Assembly (NCBI RefSeq): GCF_000018105.1
Contig: NC_009925.1
Span: 6,030,001-6,062,000 of the forward strand
Direction of reading: 5' to 3'
Length of the DNA: 32,000 nt
Origin: Acaryochloris marina MBIC11017
GTDB lineage: Bacteria; Cyanobacteriota; Cyanobacteriia; Thermosynechococcales; Thermosynechococcaceae
The notes below the pieces were generated by a model, which searched no databases, was not told the origin of the DNA, and saw nothing but the letters and a program-made list of their open reading frames with translations. Positions 16,801-24,626 of this stretch are shown piece after piece. A program made the translations under genes and the position numbers. Position 1 is the stretch's first letter. Each line of letters opens with the position of its first letter.

Positions 16801-18586
16801 TGAGAATCTGCTGGGCATGGGGATTATCTGCCACAGGCATCTCGATGCCCAGCATTGAATGAATGCCAGGGGCGGTATATTCAGCCACTACGGGAATATA
16901 GTCGCCATCTTCCGTATAGCTGTGTAAGTGGCAACGACTTACTTGAAAGACTTGACCCATTTGGTCTGCGGCAGTCTGAAAAATTATCTGAGTATCCAGG
17001 CTTTGACGAATGGCCTGGGTGATTTTTTCTAAAAGCTGTGCTCGCTTTACTTGCTGAGCTAGAGCAATCTCTGCTTCTTGCCGCTCTTCAATTTCTTGTC
17101 TTAACTTGTGGGTTTTGGCTTCAACCTCGGCTTCCAGAGTTCGCGAGTAATCCGCTTTAAAGTGGGCAAGCTGCTGCAATTCCTGATTGGCCTCGACCAG
17201 TTTTGCTGTCCGCGCTTCCACCTGCTGCTCCAGGGTTGCCTTCGTATCTAACAATTCCTGGTTAGACTTTTCTAAAGCATCAATGACTTGGTTATAGCGA
17301 GTCGCAATACGACCGACCTCAGTAAAGGGTTCAACGGGAGCTCGCAAGCTTAAGTCCAGATCTTCAGCCTGCTGATCCATCACCTCAAACAAATCCAAGA
17401 CCTCAGATTTGGCATGGTGCTCGGCAAAGTTAAGCCCCATCTGCTCATCTTCGGCCAAGACCCGCAAAGGCAACAGTCGATTCACCCCTTTTAACAAGAG
17501 CCAACTTAAACCGAATGCCCAAGCACCACAGACAGCAATCCCAAGAAGCTGAATGCCAATTTGGCTCCCCCGATCAAGACCAGTCTCAAGCAAATCAGTA
17601 CGACCGTATAGTCCAACGGCCAAGGTGCCCCATATCCCACCTCCTAGATGTACTGGAACAGCATCAACTGCATCATCAATGTGTAGTTTCGTCATCCAAT
17701 ATTTGACAACCATCATCACGGCTCCCCCGATGGCTCCGATGATGATGGCTAGGGGTGGGTTGATGACATGGCAACTGGCGGTCACGGACACTAGCCCGGC
17801 CAGGGATCCATTGATCATGAGCTCAATCTTGGGAATCTTGGTCCGCCACCACCCAAGAGCCCCCGCTGTTAGCGTTCCGGCAGCACCCCCGAGAACGGTA
17901 TTCAGTAAAATAATGGGAACACGATCGCTGAATTCCAGACCACTCCCACCATTAAAGCCGAGCCACCCCATCCACAGCAGTAACGCACCTAAGACGGATA
18001 GGGGCAAGCTGGATCCCAAAATCTCCTTGGGGGCATCTGTTTTGGAAAATCTCCCTTGTCTTGGACCAATAATCAAAATAGCGGCCAGGGCAACCCATCC
18101 ACCAACACTGTGGACGACCGTTGAACCGGCAAAATCAACAAACCCCATGCGCCCCAACCAGCCATTCATTTGCCCCGCTTCGATTCCATTCCAAATCCAA
18201 TGCCCAAAGACGGGATAGACCACACTAGCCATAAAGGCTGTGATCACTAGATACCCTCCAAACTTGGTACGTTCCGCCACAGCACCTGAAACGATGGTGG
18301 CTGCAGTGCTGCAAAACATGGTTTGAAACACGATAAACGCGGCTAGGGCGGAGTCAGTTCCAGGAGAAGCTAGAAATTGATCGGTGCCAATGACAGTGTT
18401 GATGGATGCTCCAAACATCAAGCCATAGCCAAAAAACCAGAAAATAATGGTAGATAGGCTAAAGTCTGCAAAATTTTTAATGGCAACGTTGATATTATTT
18501 TTGGAACGGGTGAGTCCAGACTCCAGGCACATAAACCCGGGTTGCATGACAAAGACCAGTGCTGAACAGACAAGTAGCCATAACAT
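13838..18586 (-). CDS. Ammonium-transporter (Amt) domain fused to a GAF-PAS-GAF hybrid sensor histidine kinase with two receiver domains
   Basis: The N-terminal ~400 aa is an Amt/MEP channel: MQPGFMCLESGLTRSKN, FVDFAGSTVVHSVGGW, LLWMGWLGFNGGSG, DAVPVHLGGGIWGTL. Then come a HAMP-like helix/coiled coil, GAF (FQVSRCHLHSY), PAS (ERFQLAVKGSGDVLWDWN) and a second GAF (FQVSRCHLHTY). The kinase core has HisKA ([14 protein letters not shown], His codon 15416-15418) and HATPase_c (DSGIGIP...GGTGLGLAI). The receivers are REC1 (LLVVDDNPTNRR...[12 protein letters not shown]) and REC2 (ILLAEDIVVNQK...[12 protein letters not shown]...VSKP). An in-frame stop lies 4 codons upstream of the ATG. Confidence 0.92.
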   Translation of the reverse strand: MLWLLVCSALVFVMQPGFMCLESGLTRSKNNINVAIKNFADFSLSTIIFWFFGYGLMFGASINTVIGTDQFLASPGTDSALAAFIVFQTMFCSTAATIVSGAVAERTKFGGYLVITAFMASVVYPVFGHWIWNGIEAGQMNGWLGRMGFVDFAGSTVVHSVGGWVALAAILIIGPRQGRFSKTDAPKEILGSSLPLSVLGALLLWMGWLGFNGGSGLEFSDRVPIILLNTVLGGAAGTLTAGALGWWRTKIPKIELMINGSLAGLVSVTASCHVINPPLAIIIGAIGGAVMMVVKYWMTKLHIDDAVDAVPVHLGGGIWGTLAVGLYGRTDLLETGLDRGSQIGIQLLGIAVCGAWAFGLSWLLLKGVNRLLPLRVLAEDEQMGLNFAEHHAKSEVLDLFEVMDQQAEDLDLSLRAPVEPFTEVGRIATRYNQVIDALEKSNQELLDTKATLEQQVEARTAKLVEANQELQQLAHFKADYSRTLEAEVEAKTHKLRQEIEERQEAEIALAQQVKRAQLLEKITQAIRQSLDTQIIFQTAADQMGQVFQVSRCHLHSYTEDGDYIPVVAEYTAPGIHSMLGIEMPVADNPHAQQILTQDQAVTTPNIYTDRLLETLISDPQPVTLKSMLGVRTSYQGKPNGAIILQHCDRRLSREDYLAQPEAYTDCFRSWSTAEIDLLETVADQIGIALAQAELLEQEQAQRTQLQQQIIERQQADAALKESEERFQLAVKGSGDVLWDWNIVNKAFYLSPRFGQLLGYEDGELPCTLETWKAHICPDDQEMVSLALKHHLEHLVPYEVEYRLKSKAGYYLWVSGRGQAIWDIEGKPTRMAGSIRNITETKAATEALKQQMRRAELVEKITRKIRKNLDRQQIFKATVQEIGKTFQVSRCHLHTYVTDPNPHLPIVAEYLTGEVPSMLGTDIQLENNPHARKVLRHDRAVASDNALGDPLIQPVSDICEQGQIQSMLAIRTSYQRKANGVIVLQQCDRKRDWTQAEIELIEAVAGQVGIALAHGHLLEQEQQQRQTLTQNNTALKQARKDADAANVAKSEFLATMSHEIRTPMNAVIGMTGLLLNTTLDNQQRDFVETIRSSGDALLTLINDILDFSKIEAGKLEFEEQPFSLRACIEESLRLVAPRAIDKQLELAYLFDPSTPNHIVGDVTRLRQILVNLLTNGVKFTEQGEVVIYVQDITDTDITQPETTSQRKNFTDIQNQRRLIQFEVRDSGIGIPADRMDRLFKSFSQVDASTTKKYGGTGLGLAICRSLSQMMGGRIWVESKAGVGSSFFFTIAVPVAPEGENTLDQSQQLLDGKQLLVVDDNPTNRRILTLQAQTWGMGIQTVSGGAEALALLESDSKFDLAILDMQMPEMDGVELARHIRQLDQRKHLPLVMLSSLGQDEIIKHKQEIQFSAILNKPIQQSYLYDALAEIFEGQRVQVKPTVPSPVNTEEQGDPSLQILLAEDIVVNQKVALLILKQLGYRADVANNGEEVLEALHRQSYDVVLMDVQMPEMDGLTAARHITEQWQEEEQPYIIALTANAMQGDREMCMAAGMHDYVSKPIRVDELKSAFERYFAQAKQPQVIF

Positions 18587-18631
18587 AAGCGTTACCTAGT
18601 TAAAACCGGGGTTCCCCCTAATAAGACATTC

Positions 18632-21600
18632 CTAAACACTGCAGGCTGCCATTTCTGCCTCAAAGGCAATGCGAACCGTCTCGTAGGCCTGAGAAATCTG
18701 AGAGACAACGTCTGCAGATCCTTCTGTAGAACCTGAACGACCCAGAGCTTCAGCTTCGGAACAGAGATTAGCCAGTTGTTTAGCACCCAGGTTGGCACTG
18801 GCCGATTTTAGGGCATGGGCTGCATCACTTAACCCATCAGGATCGGCATCTTTAACGGCCTGATGCATCTTTTCGACGCGACCCGGTGCATCTTCCAGAT
18901 AAGTATTTAACAAATCAGCAATGAGTAAAGATGCATGCTCCCCAGCGAGCTGACGGAAACTTTCCAAGGCTGCGGGGTCAATAATGCTTGGATCCATTGA
19001 GGTTTCGGCCATCGTTGATTGTTCCATGATTACAGTGGTTTCTTGAGAAGAATGAGGTGCTTGAGTCTCGGGGCTGGGAGGGATGGAGGAGCTTGGAGGA
19101 ATAGTGACGGACAGGTTTTCTTCTAACTGGGGAATCGGCTCTGCCCCCTGGACTGGTTGGGAGGCTGTACTCCCGACTAAAACAGCAACAGGTTGAGGGC
19201 TTTCCTGGGACTGTGGAGAATTGGTTTGTGTGGGTTTATTGAGGCTGACGGGCTGGGATTGTAAAACAGGAATAGGAGGAGTGGTTTCCTCAATTTCAGG
19301 CTCTTCCATCGGTTGACAACGGCTGAGGACGTCTCTGAGTTCATGGATACGGACGGGTTTGGTGATGTAAGCGTCCATCCCTGCATCCAGACACATTTCT
19401 CGATCCCCCTGCATCGCATTGGCGGTCATCGCAATAATGTGAGGACGATCTTCGGGAGACCAGCGTTGGCAAACTTCTCGGGTTGCGGTGAGACCATCCA
19501 TCTCAGGCATTTGTACATCCATCAGGACAACATCATAGGCTTGCCGTTCTAAGGCTTCAATGACTTCCAGGCCGTTGTTTGCAACGTCTGCTCGGTACCC
19601 CAATTGCTTTAAGGTCAACAGGGCCACTTTTTGGTTGACCACCATATCCTCGGCTAAGAGAATGCGCAAGGGATGTTGATCGCCTAAGTTAGTGGGGTTT
19701 TCTTGAACGTCAGGGGCCTGTTCCACTTTAATGAGAGGGTTACCCAACACTTGAGCCAGGACGCTTTGAAGTTGGGCTTGCTGAACAGGCTTGTTTAAAA
19801 TGGCCGAAAAATTAATATCCCCAGCCCGAGCGCGGATGTCATCTTGCCCTAGGGAACTTAAGACCACTAGGGGCAATGTTTTACCGTTGGGCTCTGCCCG
19901 AATTTTCTCGGCTAAGGTTACCCCGTCCATCTCCGGCATTTGCATATCCAGGACTGCAAGATCAAAATTCACCCCTCGTTGTAGCCACTCTAGGGCTTTG
20001 ATGCCTGATTTAACTGCACAGGTTAGCATTCCCCAAGATTGGGCTTGTAGGGATAAGATCTCTCGATTGGTGGCATTGTCATCCACAATTAAGAGTTGTT
20101 TGCCCGCTAATTGGACATCTGATGCTGCTTTGGGGCTGACATAGTTTGGAATTTCAGACGCTGTAATGGTGAAGGAAAAGGTTGACCCAACACTCACCTC
20201 GCTACTGACCCATATTTTGCCGCCCATTAGTTCGCTGAGCTGCTTGCTAATGGCTAAGCCAAGGCCAGTGCCCCCGAACTTACGGGTGGTGGAAGCATCA
20301 ACTTGAGAAAAAGATTTAAACAAACGCTCTAACTTATCTGGTGGAATGCCAATGCCCGTGTCTTTGACATCAAATTGGATCTCATAGGGGGTGGCTTCGG
20401 CGATCACCTCCAGATCTGATTCAGCATCTAAGTCCTTAGATTCAATGGGTTTTGAAGATACATAGACAACGACTTCTCCTTCCCCTGTGAATTTAAGTGC
20501 ATTGTTGAGTAGATTGACTAAAACCTGGCGTAAGCGAGTAATGTCTCCCAGAATGGCGGTGGGTGTGGGGGGATTAATCAGATAAGCCAGCTCCAGATTT
20601 TTCTCAGAAGCCTTGGAGGCTACAATCAGCAAGGCTTCTTCAATGCAGGTCCTGATTTCAAAGGGTTGCTGTTCGAGATCTAGCTTCCCTGCCTCAATTT
20701 TGGAGAAATCTAAAATATCGTTGATCAGTGTGAGTAAGGCATCGCCACTACTGCGGATGGTCTCAACAAAATCCTGTTGCTGGGCTTCTAAAGGAGTATT
20801 TAGAAGTAGTCCAGTCATACCAATCACTGCATTCATAGGGGTGCGAATTTCATGGCTCATATTCGCTAGGAATTGGCTTTTAGCCTGATTAGCGGCCTCT
20901 GCTTCATGTTTTGCGGCTTGGAGTTCAGAAACCATCCCTTCTAATTCTTGCTGCCGCGTCTTCAACAGAGAAATCATGCTGTCTTTGAGTTGGCCAATGT
21001 TCAGGGCTGCCCGTTGGAGAACGATATTAAATGTATTGATGACTTCAGCTAATTCATGGTTGCGATCGCAATCATGATTACTCAACTCCACCTGGCTGGG
21101 ATCGCCGGACATGGCAACCTCAGCTTTCCGTAACTCATCTAAAAGCTGATTGAGGGGACGGATAACTGTGCGACTCACAGCCCGCAGGGTAATGGCTGTA
21201 AACGTCATCCAAATCAGTAGGATTAAGCCGCCTAACTGGAGGGTATTGGTTAGGGCTGCCGACTGGATCTCCTGACTGTCCAGCCTTAAAGACAATTGAT
21301 AACCTGTATTCTCTTGCTGGGGCCAAGTAATATCGTAAGTCGATGACGTATTATTCCAAACCCTGGTTATATCAAGGTTAGAAAGATCTGTCGCTGTAGG
21401 AGGATTGCCAAACGTGGCCCGTTTACTCCCGTTCTGAAACAGGGTGCCACCCCTAACTTTAGACCCCTGCATAAGGGTCTTAGCTGTATCCACCAGCTGG
21501 TCTACAGAAGAATTACTGTTAGCAAAACCAACCAACGGGGTAATAACGGTTAGACTTTCAGCTTCCAGTTGCCCCAGTTTTGCGTCTCGAATCCTGAAAT

Positions 21601-21748
21601 AGGACGGTACTAAAATAAAGACCTCGGCAATGAGGCAGCTTCCTAACCCCATCATGCCAATCTGACGACCCAGTGGAGAACGAAGGGGGGGTAAACATTG
21701 TTTCAGACCATCAATCAGGCTAAACTTTGATGAATTCAGCGGCTGCAT
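18632..21748 (-). CDS. Hybrid sensor histidine kinase (2 TM + periplasmic loop, HAMP, HisKA-HATPase, REC, REC, HPt)
   Basis: TM1 is [20 protein letters not shown] and TM2 is [17 protein letters not shown], with a ~130-aa loop between them, followed by a HAMP-like segment. The kinase core has His[16 protein letters not shown] (His codon 20852-20854) and HATPase_c (DTGIGIP...GGTGLGLAI). Two receivers each carry DMQMPEMDG / [10 protein letters not shown] Pro/Ser-rich linker follows. The C-terminal HPt motif is [18 protein letters not shown]. Confidence 0.92.
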   Translation of the reverse strand: MQPLNSSKFSLIDGLKQCLPPLRSPLGRQIGMMGLGSCLIAEVFILVPSYFRIRDAKLGQLEAESLTVITPLVGFANSNSSVDQLVDTAKTLMQGSKVRGGTLFQNGSKRATFGNPPTATDLSNLDITRVWNNTSSTYDITWPQQENTGYQLSLRLDSQEIQSAALTNTLQLGGLILLIWMTFTAITLRAVSRTVIRPLNQLLDELRKAEVAMSGDPSQVELSNHDCDRNHELAEVINTFNIVLQRAALNIGQLKDSMISLLKTRQQELEGMVSELQAAKHEAEAANQAKSQFLANMSHEIRTPMNAVIGMTGLLLNTPLEAQQQDFVETIRSSGDALLTLINDILDFSKIEAGKLDLEQQPFEIRTCIEEALLIVASKASEKNLELAYLINPPTPTAILGDITRLRQVLVNLLNNALKFTGEGEVVVYVSSKPIESKDLDAESDLEVIAEATPYEIQFDVKDTGIGIPPDKLERLFKSFSQVDASTTRKFGGTGLGLAISKQLSELMGGKIWVSSEVSVGSTFSFTITASEIPNYVSPKAASDVQLAGKQLLIVDDNATNREILSLQAQSWGMLTCAVKSGIKALEWLQRGVNFDLAVLDMQMPEMDGVTLAEKIRAEPNGKTLPLVVLSSLGQDDIRARAGDINFSAILNKPVQQAQLQSVLAQVLGNPLIKVEQAPDVQENPTNLGDQHPLRILLAEDMVVNQKVALLTLKQLGYRADVANNGLEVIEALERQAYDVVLMDVQMPEMDGLTATREVCQRWSPEDRPHIIAMTANAMQGDREMCLDAGMDAYITKPVRIHELRDVLSRCQPMEEPEIEETTPPIPVLQSQPVSLNKPTQTNSPQSQESPQPVAVLVGSTASQPVQGAEPIPQLEENLSVTIPPSSSIPPSPETQAPHSSQETTVIMEQSTMAETSMDPSIIDPAALESFRQLAGEHASLLIADLLNTYLEDAPGRVEKMHQAVKDADPDGLSDAAHALKSASANLGAKQLANLCSEAEALGRSGSTEGSADVVSQISQAYETVRIAFEAEMAACSV

Positions 21749-21759
21749 TTTTTTGCTTG

Positions 21760-22045
21760 ATAGATGTTAGTGGACTACTAAAAAATATTCTTTTTCTAAT
21801 AGTTATTGATGTAAATATTTTCTGAAATAGATGTTGATTTCTAGAAAGAGTTTCTTCGGTAAGAGAAAGCTTCTCCATTACTGCATCATTAGCATGCCCT
21901 GATCACTCCTAGACCGAACAAATTAGCCAGAGTTATCGGTCGTTAAATGAGATCTACTCAGAGTTCTGCCAGCCATCTTAGCCTTGTGAATTCTAGGGAT
22001 AAACAATCATGATTAGGGTGGTTTTATCGATCCTGATATAGATGT
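21760..22045 (+). promoter_or_regulatory. Three same-orientation copies of the 8-mer ATAGATGT in the divergent kinase / phosphatase intergenic region
   Basis: Exact copies lie at 21760-21767, 21827-21834 and 22038-22045. A partial copy TAGATG lies at 22060-22065. Confidence 0.35.
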
Positions 22046-22058
22046 AATGTTTTGACAG

Positions 22059-22072
22059 GTAGATGGGCTTAC
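22059..22072. promoter_or_regulatory. NtcA-box-like palindrome GTAGATGGGCTTAC (GTA-N8-TAC)
   Basis: Perfect half-sites, 121 nt upstream of the REC-PP2C start and 311 nt upstream of the kinase operon start. I could not find a properly spaced TAN3T -10 box on either strand. Confidence 0.25.
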
Positions 22073-22192
22073 TAGGAGATAAATATTTGGATATTGGTGG
22101 CTAATTAAGCTCCCGAAAATCTGGCAATACAGTATCAAAAGCCAGGATTTACCCCGATCAATTGTTCTTCCCCATTCTCTAGTTTTGGTGAG

Positions 22193-24298
22193 ATGAGTCA
22201 GACCTTGGAAAATCGTACCCCGCTTATTTTAGTTGTCGATGACGATCGATCAACTCGAATTATTCTTCGCCTGATTTTGGAGCAAGACGGGTGTGAGGTA
22301 GTTGATGTTGAAAATGGTCAGCAGTGCCTGAATGCTTATCTCACCCGCAAGCCAGATATGGTGTTGTTGGATGCCAAAATGCCTGTCATGGACGGATTTA
22401 CCTGCTGTGCTGAATTGCAAAAGCTGCCCTTAGGTGCGTCCACCCCTATTTTGATGATTGCAGGTCTAGATGATCAAGCCTCAGTGGATAAAGCCTTTGC
22501 CGCAGGAGCAATGGATTATGTGACAAAACCCATCCATCCCCCTATCCTGCGACGTCGATTACGTCATTTATTAGAAGCAAGTTGGGCTGAGCAAGCAGTT
22601 CGGGATAGCGAAGCGCGTTATCGATCGGTGGTGGATCACTTAAAAGAAGTGATATTCCAAATCAATCAAGAAGGGAATTTAGCTTTTCTCAATCCAGTGT
22701 GGTCAGAATTAACGGGCTTTGTTAGGGAAGAGGCCATTAACCATCGATTGGCAGAATATGTTCATCCGGGTGATCGACAACAGTTCAATCAGTACATTGA
22801 TCAACTGTTTCATAGAGAACGATCGGAATGTCGTTTTGATGTTCGATTTCTCCACCAAGCCGGTAGCTTCGGCTGGATGGAAGTCTATGCTTGTGCCATT
22901 CCTGGTCCAGATGGCAAAATCGTCGGAATTTCTGGTTCCCTGGCGGACGTAACCGAACGCAAATATCAAGATCAACGGTTGTCCGTTGAGCGAGCCACTA
23001 CTCGGGTGTTGGCTGAAGTGGCAACCTTAAGCGAGGCTGTCCCCAATCTATTGCAAGCGATCAGCAAAAGTTTGGGATGGGAATACGGTGAGCTGTGGTT
23101 GATGGATGAGACAAACAACACCTTGAAATGTGTGGAAAGTTGGTTTGAGCTAGAAGAGAAGATGGGCTCTTTCCAGATTGCATCGAGTTCTGCTAATTTT
23201 GCCCTGGCTTCAGGACTGATTCAACGCATCTGGACCCATGATGGTCCCCTATGGCTAACAGATAATGCCATTCAAGATATTCATGCCAATTCGTTTCCCC
23301 AGGCCGGTATGCAAACCGCCTTTAGCTTTCCGATCTTAGAAGGCTATAACCGTTTGGGGGTAATGGTTTTTAGCAAGCGTGAACATCAAGCGATGGACGC
23401 TAGTCTTTTAAAGATTATGGGGTCTATTGGAACCCAGCTTGGTGAGTTTATTATGCGTAAACGAGCGGAGGAAGAAGTCCAACATCAGCATGCGAAATTG
23501 CAATCTGAGCTGGATCAGGCGGCAGGCTATGTCCGTTCTTTAATTCCCCCACCCATGACAGGTCCTGTTTCGATTCAGCATCAGTTTATCCCGTCCAATC
23601 AATTGGGGGGAGATGTTTTTGATTACTATTGGCTGGACTCGGATCATCTCGCCATTTACTTACTAGATGTGGCAGGCCATGGTATTCGTTCTACTTTGTT
23701 GTCTGTTTCCGTGCTCAACGTGGTGCGATCGCAATCCTTGCTGGATACAGATTTCTATCAGCCCAGTTCGGTTTTGGATGGCCTCAATGAAGTCTTCCAA
23801 ATGAATGAGCAAGGGGATGACTATTTCACAATTTGGTATGGGGTCTATAACTGTAAGACTCAAAAACTCAAGTACGCTAGTGGTGGTCATCCAGCGGTAC
23901 TTTTGGCGTCTGCCCAAAACCCAATTCAGCCTTTAGAGGTGCGCAGTATTCCCATTGGCATGATGACAGGGTTTCCCTACGATCAGTTTGAATGTGATAT
24001 CCAAACCGGTAGTGCCCTCTACCTATTCAGTGATGGGGTCTATGAAATTGTGCAACCAAATGGCGAAGTATGGACTTTTGATGGATTTATGACCGTAGTC
24101 TCTGAATATCAACGACGGCAGTTTGATACCCTCGATCCACTTTTCCAGCAGATTCAGCATATTGCTGGCAATAAGAGCTTTGAAGACGACTACTCTCTGA
24201 TGAAAATCTCCTTTGACTCGGTTCAGCCTAAGCAAACTTTGCCACCAATACCTTATGCGGCCCAGGCTGCTACCCCGATAGCTGCTAATCCCTTCTAA
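22193..24298 (+). CDS. Response regulator with REC-PAS-GAF-PP2C (SpoIIE/RsbU-type) phosphatase output
   Basis: REC: LILVVDDDRSTRIIL...MVLLDAKMPVMDGF...DYVTKP. PAS: YRSVVDHLKEVIFQINQEGNLAFLNPVWSELTGF. A GAF-like region follows. PPM/SpoIIE motifs: LGGDVFDYYWLD, AIYLLDVAGHGIRSTLLS, ASGGHPAVLL, LYLFSDGVYE, FEDDYSLMKISF. Confidence 0.9.
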   Translation: MSQTLENRTPLILVVDDDRSTRIILRLILEQDGCEVVDVENGQQCLNAYLTRKPDMVLLDAKMPVMDGFTCCAELQKLPLGASTPILMIAGLDDQASVDKAFAAGAMDYVTKPIHPPILRRRLRHLLEASWAEQAVRDSEARYRSVVDHLKEVIFQINQEGNLAFLNPVWSELTGFVREEAINHRLAEYVHPGDRQQFNQYIDQLFHRERSECRFDVRFLHQAGSFGWMEVYACAIPGPDGKIVGISGSLADVTERKYQDQRLSVERATTRVLAEVATLSEAVPNLLQAISKSLGWEYGELWLMDETNNTLKCVESWFELEEKMGSFQIASSSANFALASGLIQRIWTHDGPLWLTDNAIQDIHANSFPQAGMQTAFSFPILEGYNRLGVMVFSKREHQAMDASLLKIMGSIGTQLGEFIMRKRAEEEVQHQHAKLQSELDQAAGYVRSLIPPPMTGPVSIQHQFIPSNQLGGDVFDYYWLDSDHLAIYLLDVAGHGIRSTLLSVSVLNVVRSQSLLDTDFYQPSSVLDGLNEVFQMNEQGDDYFTIWYGVYNCKTQKLKYASGGHPAVLLASAQNPIQPLEVRSIPIGMMTGFPYDQFECDIQTGSALYLFSDGVYEIVQPNGEVWTFDGFMTVVSEYQRRQFDTLDPLFQQIQHIAGNKSFEDDYSLMKISFDSVQPKQTLPPIPYAAQAATPIAANPF

Positions 24299-24461
24299 AA
24301 AGTTAAAAAAAAACTGATTGTTACAGAGTTTAGCTAACAGAAATTGACTTCTTGCTTAATTCAGCTACCGATATGGAAGTGGACAAAAATTTAAGTCAGA
24401 TTGCAGCATGAATTGAGTAAATAACACATTATGAAAAGAATGTTGCAAGGAGTCTAGTCTG

Positions 24462-24497
24462 TTTTTCAGAATATAGCTTGTATTTGATTCTGAAAAA
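24462..24497. repeat. Perfect 11-bp inverted repeat TTTTTCAGAAT-N14-ATTCTGAAAAA
   Basis: The arms at 24462-24472 and 24487-24497 are exact reverse complements. It lies 130 nt upstream of the V4R gene start and 164 nt downstream of the PP2C gene stop. There is no U-tract after the stem on either strand. Confidence 0.4.
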
Positions 24498-24626
24498 AAT
24501 CTCCTGAATAAAAAAGATAAACACTAAGCTAGACAACTTAGACAATTCCTGAGACATGATGTTAAACCTGAGCTTGACATACTAATAACTAAGCCAGATT
24601 TATACCTTAGTATTGTCATCTCTATT

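Noticed and set aside
17553-18218. 221-aa + strand ORF (also 17515-17706, 15779-15985, 14333-14548 and 14311-14538) inside the Amt-kinase gene
   Set aside because: They lie entirely within a strongly supported 1582-codon gene. The products are Pro/Ala/Ser/Arg-rich low-complexity sequence typical of antisense or off-frame shadows, with no motifs.
13838-18586. Possibility that the Amt-kinase fusion is an artefact of a lost stop codon or assembly join between two genes
   Set aside because: The reading frame is continuous, with a structured linker (HAMP-like helix and coiled coil) between the domains. No remnant start or RBS or frame change was seen, though resequencing would be the definitive check.
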